DNA of 45,840 nt. Origin: an uncultured Acidimicrobiales bacterium. GTDB lineage: Bacteria > Actinomycetota > Acidimicrobiia > Acidimicrobiales > SHLQ01. Every line of letters starts with the position of its first letter. The first letter of the stretch is position 1. Positions 1-6,965 of the stretch are shown here, piece by piece. The DNA lies in contig CALBVR010000098.1 in the NCBI GenBank assembly GCA_937969565.1, positions 1-45,840 on the forward strand, given 5' to 3'. The notes beneath the pieces are model-generated. The model was not told the DNA's origin. It searched no databases and saw nothing but the letters and a program-made list of their open reading frames with translations. Both the position numbers and the translations under genes were made by a program.

Positions 1-252
1 CTCTCTCGCCTCGAGGGTGAGGAAGCGGCTTGCGGCGACCGTGGCGGTGAAGCCGATGATCGAGAGCACGACGAGGAGGACGAGGTTGGCCGGATCGTCG
101 CGATTGGCCGCGTCGACGGCGATCGCCCCCATGAGCGACACGAGGGTGACGTCCATCGCGATGATGCGGTCGGCGAGATTGGGGCCGCGGAGGAGCCGGA
201 CGGTTCCGCAGAGGCCGGCGAAGAGGAAGCCGATGAGGGCGACGATGATCAT
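1..252 (-). CDS. mrpF: Na+/H+ antiporter Mrp/Mnh subunit F (3' end leaves the window)
   Basis: Not in the ORF track because it runs off the window. My translation from the ATG at 252-250 gives MIIVALIGFLFAGLCGTVRLLRGPNLADRIIAMDVTLVSLMGAIAVD..., a small MnhF-like membrane protein. ATGA overlap with the mrpE stop. Confidence 0.75.
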   Translation of the reverse strand, partial: MIIVALIGFLFAGLCGTVRLLRGPNLADRIIAMDVTLVSLMGAIAVDAANRDDPANLVLLVVLSIIGFTATVAASRFLTLEARE

Positions 253-749
253 GCGGTGACTCCGTTCCGGGGGAGGGCTTCGCAGGCGAGGCGGGCGAGT
301 TCCTCGACGTGAGCGACGGTTTCTTCCGCTCGGTCGTGGTGGAGGAGGTGCAGGTAGAGGGTGCACGTGTCGGCGTCGACGTCGACCACGGCGGTTCCCG
401 GGGTGAGCGTGATCGCGACGGTCAGGAGGAGAAGGTGGTTGGCGCTGTCGGCCGGGAGTGGCACTGCGATGACCGACTCTTCTGTGTAGTCGGTGGGCGT
501 GAGGACTTCGAAGGCGACGGACCAGGTGGACTTGGTGAGGTCGACGATGACGTGCCACGAGAGCCGGAGCAGTGCGCCCGGCCGGACCGTGCCGAGTCCG
601 CTGGTGCCGATGCCGGCGATGAGAATGCCGAGCGACAAGGCGAATCCGGACAGAACGTTGGCTGCGGAGAGGTCGCGCCACAGCCCGCACCAGGCGGCGG
701 TGAGCACGATCAGCATGATGATGCGGCGAGGTGTGATCCAGTCGGTCAC
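249..749 (-). CDS. mrpE: Na+/H+ antiporter Mrp/Mnh subunit E
   Basis: 166 aa with N-terminal TM helices and the MnhE-type 'ITLTPGT' motif. GTGA overlap with the mrpD stop and ATGA overlap with the mrpF start. Confidence 0.85.
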   Translation of the reverse strand: MTDWITPRRIIMLIVLTAAWCGLWRDLSAANVLSGFALSLGILIAGIGTSGLGTVRPGALLRLSWHVIVDLTKSTWSVAFEVLTPTDYTEESVIAVPLPADSANHLLLLTVAITLTPGTAVVDVDADTCTLYLHLLHHDRAEETVAHVEELARLACEALPRNGVTA

Positions 750-2236
750 GACAGCACCGCCTCTCGGTAGACCTCGGCGTCGCGCAGGTCATTGGCGGCC
801 CGCTCGCTCAGGTCGAAGAGGGTTCCGGCGAAGATCGAGATGAAGATGGATCCGGCGACGGCGAGTGCGGTGGCCGTGCGCATGAGACGGCGGTTGGCCT
901 TCGTTTCGGTCGGCGTGTCGGGAAGGGCGTCGGGATCGGGGTCGGGTCCCCAGAACACGCCGAGCCAGATCTTGGTCATGGAGAGCAGCGTGAGCGCACC
1001 GGCGACGAGCGCCGCAGTGACGACGAGCGGATGGGCGGACTCGACTCCGGCCGAGATGACGGAGAGTTTGGCGATGAAGCCGGAGAACGGCGGCAGGCCG
1101 GCGAGGCTGAGGGCCGGGATCGCGAAGAGGGCGGCGATGAGCGGCCGGCGACGGGCCAGCCCGCCGCTGCGTTCGAGCGAGCTGGTGCCCTGATCGTTCT
1201 CGATGAGGCCACCGACGAGGAACAACACGGTCTTCACCGGCATGTGATGGAGCAGGAAGAGGATGGCACCGGTGGTGCCGGCTGCCGTGAACAGGCCGAG
1301 TCCCATGAGCATGTAGCCGATCTGGCTGATGATGTGGAACGACAGGATGCGTTTCACGTTGCCCTGTGCGAGTGCGCCGACGGCACCGATGATCATGGTG
1401 AGTCCGGCGAGGATCAACATGACGGGACCGAGCTCGTCCATCCCCATGAGGGTGTGGAATCGGATCATCGAGTAGATGCCGATCTTGGTGAGGAGCCCGG
1501 CGAAGATGGCGGTGATGGTCGTGGGTGCGGTCGGGTAGGAGTCCGGCAGCCAGGAGAAGAGTGGGAAGACGGCGGCCTTGCTTCCGAACACGACGAAGAA
1601 CCAGGCGCCGATGCCGATGCGAACCCCGGAGGACAGTTCGGGGATGCGTTCGGTGAGCAGGGCGAGGTTGACCGTGCCGGTGGCGGCGTAGACGAAGGCC
1701 AGTCCGAAGAGGAAGAGGGTGGAGGCGAAGAGGTTCATCGCCACGTAGGTCATGCCGGATTGGATCTGGCCTCGTCGGCCCTGATGGGTGAGGAGCACGT
1801 AGCTGGAGACGAGGATGAGCTCGAAGGCGACGAAGAGGGTGAACAAGTCGCCCGTGAGCATGGCGAGCGAGACGCCGGCGGCCAGGACGGACAGCAGCGG
1901 TCCGGCCAGTTCGGGGTTGGCGCCCCAGGCGGTGCGGCGCTGGCCGATGGCGAACAGTTCGACGATGAAGATGAGGGAGAGCGCGACGGGCAGGGCGAGC
2001 GACGCGAAGAGGTCGGCGACGAGCACGATGCCGAGCTCGGGGTCCCAATCTCCGACGCGCACGACGTGGGTGCCGTCGTGGTGGACGCCGTTGAGCATGA
2101 ACATCGAGGCCCCGGCGGCGACGCCGAGTCCGATGATGGTCAGGACGTCTCGCGCGATGGGCAAGCGACGGGCGGCCAGTGCTCCAGCGGCGGCGAGGAG
2201 CGGTGCGAGGATGGTGAGGCTGACGAGGGTCGTCAT
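746..2236 (-). CDS. mrpD: Na+/H+ antiporter Mrp/Mnh subunit D (NuoN/NuoM-like)
   Basis: 496-aa polytopic protein with the complex-I antiporter-subunit motif FSWLPDSYPTAPT. Its position in the operon fits. Confidence 0.9.
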   Translation of the reverse strand: MTTLVSLTILAPLLAAAGALAARRLPIARDVLTIIGLGVAAGASMFMLNGVHHDGTHVVRVGDWDPELGIVLVADLFASLALPVALSLIFIVELFAIGQRRTAWGANPELAGPLLSVLAAGVSLAMLTGDLFTLFVAFELILVSSYVLLTHQGRRGQIQSGMTYVAMNLFASTLFLFGLAFVYAATGTVNLALLTERIPELSSGVRIGIGAWFFVVFGSKAAVFPLFSWLPDSYPTAPTTITAIFAGLLTKIGIYSMIRFHTLMGMDELGPVMLILAGLTMIIGAVGALAQGNVKRILSFHIISQIGYMLMGLGLFTAAGTTGAILFLLHHMPVKTVLFLVGGLIENDQGTSSLERSGGLARRRPLIAALFAIPALSLAGLPPFSGFIAKLSVISAGVESAHPLVVTAALVAGALTLLSMTKIWLGVFWGPDPDPDALPDTPTETKANRRLMRTATALAVAGSIFISIFAGTLFDLSERAANDLRDAEVYREAVLS

Positions 2237-2604
2237 TCGTCGTCCTCCTCGTTCGCGGCGAGGGTGGCGATGCGAAGGTCCTCGAGGTCGTCTTCGACGA
2301 GGTCGTCGCCGGTGAGGGCCTGCTGGCGGCGGGCGAGTGCGAGCAGGTAGAGGGTCAGGCCGAAGCTGATGACGATGGCCGTGAGTGCGAGTGCCTGGGG
2401 GAGCGGGTTGGCGATCGTTTCGGCGTCGTTCTGATTGGCCAGCGGGGCTTCGCCGGCCGGGCCGCCAGCGGTGAGCAGGGCGAGGACGGCGGCGTGTCCG
2501 AGCAGCGAGAAGCCGAGGATGATCCGGCTGAGCGAACGAGCGGTGATGAGGTAGATGCCGACGGTGGTGAGCCCGCCGATGGCGAGCAGGAGGGAGATGC
2601 TCAT
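2233..2604 (-). CDS. mrpC: Na+/H+ antiporter Mrp/Mnh subunit C (NuoK-like)
   Basis: The track ORF 2233..3192 is over-extended with an Arg/Pro-rich N-terminus. The internal ATG at 2604 gives a 123-aa 3-TM protein, MSISLLLAIGGLTTVGIYLI.... ATGA overlaps at both ends. Confidence 0.9.
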   Translation of the reverse strand: MSISLLLAIGGLTTVGIYLITARSLSRIILGFSLLGHAAVLALLTAGGPAGEAPLANQNDAETIANPLPQALALTAIVISFGLTLYLLALARRQQALTGDDLVEDDLEDLRIATLAANEEDDE

Positions 2605-3059
2605 GGCGAGGTCTCCGTCGACTCGCGGCGACGTTCGTGCTCGGAGGTGGTGATGGCGCCGACGCCGAGCCCGTCGAGCAGGGCCAGGACGAGCGCGACG
2701 ACGATCGCGGTCACGCCGAGGTCGAAGGGAAGTGCCGAACCGGACTTGAGCTTTCCGAGCACGGGGACCTCGATCGAGCCGATCGCCTGGTCGAGCACGG
2801 TGTCTCCCCACAGCAGGGGTGCTGCGGCGACGGCGATGACGATGAAGATGCCGGCAGACAGCAGTGGGATGGCGTGGGTGGGTCGTTGGAGTCCGGCGAT
2901 GGTGCGGAGGGTGACGACGGCGCCGAACACGAGCCCAGCCGCGAACCCTCCACCGGGAGCGTTGTGCCCGGCAAAGAAGAGGTAGAAGCCGACGAGGACG
3001 GCGAGGGGTGTGGCGGTGCGAATGCCGAGCTGCACGACGGGTGAGCGGTTGCCGATCAT
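2601..3059 (-). CDS. mrpB: Na+/H+ antiporter Mrp/Mnh subunit B
   Basis: 152-aa MnhB-domain membrane protein (FAGHNAPGGGFAAGL). ATGA overlaps with mrpA and mrpC. Confidence 0.85.
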   Translation of the reverse strand: MIGNRSPVVQLGIRTATPLAVLVGFYLFFAGHNAPGGGFAAGLVFGAVVTLRTIAGLQRPTHAIPLLSAGIFIVIAVAAAPLLWGDTVLDQAIGSIEVPVLGKLKSGSALPFDLGVTAIVVALVLALLDGLGVGAITTSEHERRRESTETSP

Positions 3060-5338
3060 GTCGTGGCCTCGGTGTCGCTGGTGTTGGCGAGTGCGAGGAT
3101 GCCCAGTGCGACGACGGCGAGCACGACGACTTCGCCGAGGGTGTCGAGTGCTCGGAGGTCGGTGAGGATGACGTTGACGATGTTGTTGCCACCGCCTTCT
3201 TCGACTGCGGCTTCAGCGAGTTGTTCGATCGGCGGGGTTCCGCTGGGGTTGCTGGCCGATGCGGCGAGGCCGAACATGACGCCGACGCCGCAGAGGACGG
3301 ACACGCCGACTCGGACGCCCTTCCATGTTGCGTGGGCGGAGGGGAAGCTGCGGCCGAGGTGGCCGAGGCCGAGCACGAAGCCGACGACGATGATCGTTTC
3401 GACGAGCAGCTGGGTGAGCGCGAGGTCGGGTGCGCCGTGCACGACGAAGAGCCCGGTGACGCCGAGGCCGACGGCGCCGAGGGTGAGGGCGGCGCCGAGG
3501 CGGGAGTTCACGAATGCGCCGGCAGCTGCGGCGCCGATGATGGCGACGGCGAGCGCGCCCTGGAAGGCGTTGTCCCAGAGCACGAGGCTGTCGGTGTCGA
3601 CCTCGCGAACGAAGGGGATGGTGGCGGTGAGGGCGACGAGGCCCATGGTGGCGAGGTAGACGGGCAGGGATCCGTGTTGGATGCGGGCGATGGGCTGCGG
3701 GGCCCAGGCGAGGAAGCGGTCCAGGCCATGATCGACGAGGTCGGCGCCGCGGGCTCCGGGCGCCGGCTGATCAACGCGTCGCAGAATGAACAGGCCGAGG
3801 GCGACGCCCACGGCGACGATGGCGGCGGAGACGAGGAACGCGGTGGTGATGCCGGGCCAGCGGTAGAGGGAGTAGACGTCGGCTTTGGCGTTGATCTCGA
3901 CGGCGGCGGGTCCGACGATTCCGTTCACGGCGTTGATGGCGATGTAGCCGACGATGCTGCCGAGGCCGAGCACGGTGGTGGCGATGGTCATCGCGGGTCG
4001 GCGGGGTGCGACGGTGGTGTCGGGTCCGGCGCCGAACGTTCCGAGCAGGAAGCGGGTCGTGTAGGCGACGGTGATGACCGAGCCGACGATGATGCTGGTG
4101 GAGACGATGAGTGCGTCGGTTCCGCTGAGTTTCAGCGCGGCCTCGACGGCGGCCTCCTTGGCGGCGAATCCGAGCAGCGGTGGCACGCCGGCCATCGAGA
4201 GTCCGGACACCACGGCGACGGCGGTGGCGATCGGCATGGTGCGGGAGAGACCACCGAGTTCGCGGATGTCCCTGGTGCCGGTGCGAATGTCGATTTCGCC
4301 GACGACGGCGAAGAGCGCTGCTTTGAAGATGGCATGGGCGAAGAGGATGGAGATGGCGGCGAAGGTCGCCTTTGCTGTACCGACGCTCAGGAGGGTGACG
4401 AGCAGGCCGAGCTGGGAGATGGTTCCCCAGGCGAGGATGAGCTTGGCGTCCTGATGACGCAGGGAGGTGATGCCGCCCCACAGCATCGAGCTGATCCCGA
4501 GTGCGAGGCCGACGACCTTCCAGGTGGTGACGTCGGTGAATGCGGGTCCGGTGATGGCAAGGAGGAGGACGCCGGCCTTCACCATGGTTGCCGAGTGGAG
4601 GTAGGCGCTGACGGGCGTGGGCGCCTTCATTGCGCCGGGGAGCCAGACGTGGAACGGGACCTGGGCGGACTTGGTGGCCACGCCACCGAGGATGAGGAGT
4701 GCCGCGACCCATGCTCGACCGCCGTCGATCGGTGCGAGGTCGGTGAGGGAGGTCGTGCCGGACTCGGCGCCGAGGATGAGGAGGCCGGCGAGCAGCGAGA
4801 GTCCGCCGGCGCCGGTGATCATCAGCGCGCGCCGGGCGGCGTCACGGACCGAGGCGTCGACGTCTTTGTGTCCGACCAGAAGGAAGGAGGTGATGGAGGT
4901 GAACTCCCAGAAGATGAAGAGGGTCCAGATCGAGTCGGCGAGGACGAGTCCGAGCATCGAAGTGGAGAAGGCGAGCAGCGCAGCGGTCATCCGGGGCATC
5001 TGGGCACTGCTGGTGGAGAAGTAGCCCATTGCGTAGACGAGCACGAGCGTGCCGATGCCGGACACGAGGAGGGTCATCAGGAGTGCGATGGCGTCGGCCC
5101 GGAAGCGCACACCGACGTCGAGTCCCTCGACCCACATGAGTTCGGTGACGAAGGGGTTGGTCGAGTCGATGAGGAGCACGCTGGCCCAGATGGCGGTGAG
5201 CGCTGGAGCGATGGCGGCGACGCCGAGGCCGGCCCGGTGGTCGAAGCGGGCAACCCACGCGGAGAGTGGAACGGCGAGCAGGTGCAGGACCAGCAAGGTC
5301 CACAGGATCGAGCCGCTGGCCAGGTCGTCGGCAGACAT
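3056..5338 (-). CDS. mrpA: Na+/H+ antiporter Mrp/Mnh subunit A (NuoL-like with C-terminal MnhB-like extension)
   Basis: 760 aa with the motif HVWLPGAMKAPTPVSAYLHSATMVKAG. An AAGGAG RBS (5348-5353, minus) lies 9 nt upstream of the ATG. Confidence 0.9.
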   Translation of the reverse strand: MSADDLASGSILWTLLVLHLLAVPLSAWVARFDHRAGLGVAAIAPALTAIWASVLLIDSTNPFVTELMWVEGLDVGVRFRADAIALLMTLLVSGIGTLVLVYAMGYFSTSSAQMPRMTAALLAFSTSMLGLVLADSIWTLFIFWEFTSITSFLLVGHKDVDASVRDAARRALMITGAGGLSLLAGLLILGAESGTTSLTDLAPIDGGRAWVAALLILGGVATKSAQVPFHVWLPGAMKAPTPVSAYLHSATMVKAGVLLLAITGPAFTDVTTWKVVGLALGISSMLWGGITSLRHQDAKLILAWGTISQLGLLVTLLSVGTAKATFAAISILFAHAIFKAALFAVVGEIDIRTGTRDIRELGGLSRTMPIATAVAVVSGLSMAGVPPLLGFAAKEAAVEAALKLSGTDALIVSTSIIVGSVITVAYTTRFLLGTFGAGPDTTVAPRRPAMTIATTVLGLGSIVGYIAINAVNGIVGPAAVEINAKADVYSLYRWPGITTAFLVSAAIVAVGVALGLFILRRVDQPAPGARGADLVDHGLDRFLAWAPQPIARIQHGSLPVYLATMGLVALTATIPFVREVDTDSLVLWDNAFQGALAVAIIGAAAAGAFVNSRLGAALTLGAVGLGVTGLFVVHGAPDLALTQLLVETIIVVGFVLGLGHLGRSFPSAHATWKGVRVGVSVLCGVGVMFGLAASASNPSGTPPIEQLAEAAVEEGGGNNIVNVILTDLRALDTLGEVVVLAVVALGILALANTSDTEATT

Positions 5339-5359
5339 GTCGGCTCGCTCCTTTCAGGT

Positions 5360-5368
5360 GGGGGGGGG
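5360..5368 (-). repeat. C9 (plus-strand G9) homopolymer in the mrpA leader
   Basis: Direct reading gives t-ggggggggg-tt at 5359-5370, 6 nt upstream of the mrpA RBS. Confidence 0.9.
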
Positions 5369-5480
5369 TTGAGGAACACCGAGAGGGGCCAGGCCCTTCC
5401 AAGATCATTCATACTACTTTCAAAAGGGACGTTTCGAACCGTGTGATGGTCATTCTCCTAAATATTCTCCCCAAAAAGAA

Positions 5481-5509
5481 TTGACCTTTAAATTAAGGTA
5501 TGTTTCAAT
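5481..5509 (+). promoter_or_regulatory. Candidate promoter of the sigma-factor gene (TTGACC-17 nt-TTCAAT), leaderless geometry
   Basis: Sits in an AT-rich island in a GC-rich genome. The -10-like hexamer ends 6 nt before the ATG at 5516, and there is no usable SD. Confidence 0.35.
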
Positions 5510-5515
5510 AGGGGC

Positions 5516-6298
5516 ATGAACACACGAACCGTTTCCAACACCGGGTTGCTCTCGCCTGCGGAAGAGGTGCGTCTCGCCCGTCTCATGCGTCTCGGCAGCG
5601 ATGCCGAGAGCGCAATCAACGACGGTCGCGGCACCGCCGATGACCGAGCAGCAGCCGCCCGCGGCCGGCGGGCCCGCCATCGGTTCATCGAGGCCAACCT
5701 CGGCCTCGTCCACTCGATGGCGCGTCGCTTCGGTCGCCCCCGCCACGTCTCGCTCGACGACGTGGTGCAGGACGGCATGATCGGCCTGCACGTCGCAGTG
5801 GATCGCTTCGACCCAGACGCGGGATTCCGATTCTCCACCTATGCAAGCTGGTGGATTCGCCAGACCATGCAGAAGGGGCTCGAGGTTTCGGCTGGGCCGA
5901 TCCGCATTCCCCACGCGGTGCGTTCGGCGTCGCTCGGCGACCCGGAGGATCCCTCGGATTCGACGTCGCTCGAGGCGCTGGCCCGCACGGCCGGCCGTGT
6001 CGACAGCATCGATGCGGTTCCCGGCTGGTCGGACTCGGTTGCGTGCACGGAGTCTTCGGACCCGGGCATGGCGGCGGTCGAGGGCGTGCTCATGGAGCGA
6101 ATCGGTGAGGAACTGGATCAGCTCGACCCGCTGACCCGACGTCAGTTGGATCGCTGGTTCGGCATCGATGGCCAGGAGTCGGAGTCGCTACGGCGGATTG
6201 CTGCCAACGAAGGCATGTCGGCGACTGCGGTGCGCAAGCGGATCGAGAAGGGGCTGGACCAGTTGCGTCACAGCTGCAACCTGGTGCCCGCCGCCTGA
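5516..6298 (+). CDS. RNA polymerase sigma-70 family sigma factor (group 2/3-like)
   Basis: 260 aa. Region 2 reads DDVVQDGMIGLHVAVDRFDPDAGFRFSTYASWWIRQ and is followed by IRIPHAV. The region 4 HTH reads SLRRIAANEGMSATAVRKRIEKGL. Confidence 0.85.
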   Translation: MNTRTVSNTGLLSPAEEVRLARLMRLGSDAESAINDGRGTADDRAAAARGRRARHRFIEANLGLVHSMARRFGRPRHVSLDDVVQDGMIGLHVAVDRFDPDAGFRFSTYASWWIRQTMQKGLEVSAGPIRIPHAVRSASLGDPEDPSDSTSLEALARTAGRVDSIDAVPGWSDSVACTESSDPGMAAVEGVLMERIGEELDQLDPLTRRQLDRWFGIDGQESESLRRIAANEGMSATAVRKRIEKGLDQLRHSCNLVPAA

Positions 6299-6320
6299 GA
6301 CTTCGCTCGAATTCCCTCGA

Positions 6321-6352
6321 CCCGGTCAGATCTCCCCTCCAATCTGACTGGG
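6321..6352 (+). terminator. Hairpin downstream of the sigma-factor gene
   Basis: cccggtcagat / atctgactggg forms an 11-bp stem (one G-U pair) with a 10-nt loop. It is followed by ttgttgggcgtttt. Confidence 0.5.
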
Positions 6353-6362
6353 TTGTTGGGCG

Positions 6363-6384
6363 TTTTCAGAAAGTGATCTGAAAA
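6363..6384. promoter_or_regulatory. Perfect 8-bp inverted repeat TTTTCAGA-N6-TCTGAAAA
   Basis: Seen directly. It lies about 20 nt upstream of the candidate -35 of the usp operon. It could be an operator or a second hairpin. Confidence 0.25.
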
Positions 6385-6405
6385 AGCAGCTGTTCAAATA
6401 GCATG

Positions 6406-6433
6406 TTTACAAAGTATCTATTTCATGTATGGT
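6406..6433 (+). promoter_or_regulatory. Candidate promoter of the usp-CPA2 operon (TTTACA-16 nt-TATGGT)
   Basis: AT-rich intergenic stretch with hexamers at 6406-6411 and 6428-6433. A GGAGGA RBS follows at 6447-6452. Confidence 0.3.
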
Positions 6434-6458
6434 CTTAGTAGGACGAAGGAGGACATGC

Positions 6459-6965
6459 ATGGAACAGAACGTGATGAACGACACTGGCCGGCCTCCCTTG
6501 ATCGTGGTCGGTTTCAAGGACGCAGCCCGCTCATCGGCCGCGCTTCGGTGGAGCATCGAGCGAAGCCGAATGAACGGCGCATCCATTCGCGTGGTGCATG
6601 CCTCGGCCTTTCCCATCACCGCCCATGACGGGCCCTCCGCCGCCGTTGCCCAACGGCTGAGCAACCCGAGCTGGGCCACCCTCCACTCCACCGTGGCGGC
6701 CTTCGATCCCCCACACGACGTGCACACGGTCGCCGATCAGGGTCGGTCGATCGATGTGATTCGCCGTTGGTCGAAGGACGCCACCGTGGTGGTGCTCGGT
6801 CGGGCTCGGAAGGCCGGATGGCGCCGCTCGCTCGCCGACCGGGTCCGGGGCTCGCTCGATGTACCCGTGCTCGAGATCGATGAAACCGACCTCGGGGTCA
6901 TCGACCTCGCCCCCGCCCGCGCCCGCCGCGCTCCCTCGAACGACGAAGGACGGATCTCCTCATGA
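6459..6965 (+). CDS. Universal stress protein (UspA family)
   Basis: I chose the internal ATG at 6459 (MEQNVMNDTGRPPLIVVGF...), which has a GGAGGA RBS 6 nt upstream. It has a USP-like fold signature (IVVGFKDAARSSAALRWS...VVVLGRARK). ATGA overlap with the next gene. Confidence 0.8.
   Translation: MEQNVMNDTGRPPLIVVGFKDAARSSAALRWSIERSRMNGASIRVVHASAFPITAHDGPSAAVAQRLSNPSWATLHSTVAAFDPPHDVHTVADQGRSIDVIRRWSKDATVVVLGRARKAGWRRSLADRVRGSLDVPVLEIDETDLGVIDLAPARARRAPSNDEGRISS

Noticed and set aside
3008-5446. Very long ORFs antisense to, or out of frame with, real genes: 3008..5446(+), 1031..2350(+), 6737..8560(-), 10551..11621(-), 17913..20102(-), 20192..21754(-), 21913..23715(+), 23854..25074(+), 35152..36795(-), 39599..40717(-).
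   Set aside because: Their translations are low-complexity (Arg/Gly/Asp/Pro/His-rich), with no motifs. Each is fully shadowed by an opposite-strand or other-frame gene that has strong family signatures. This is the typical stop-codon-poor artefact of high-GC DNA.
5441-5456. TGTGAtggtcaTTCTC as a CRP/Crp-like site in the mrp/sigma control region.
   Set aside because: The right half matches TCACA at only 2 of 5 positions.
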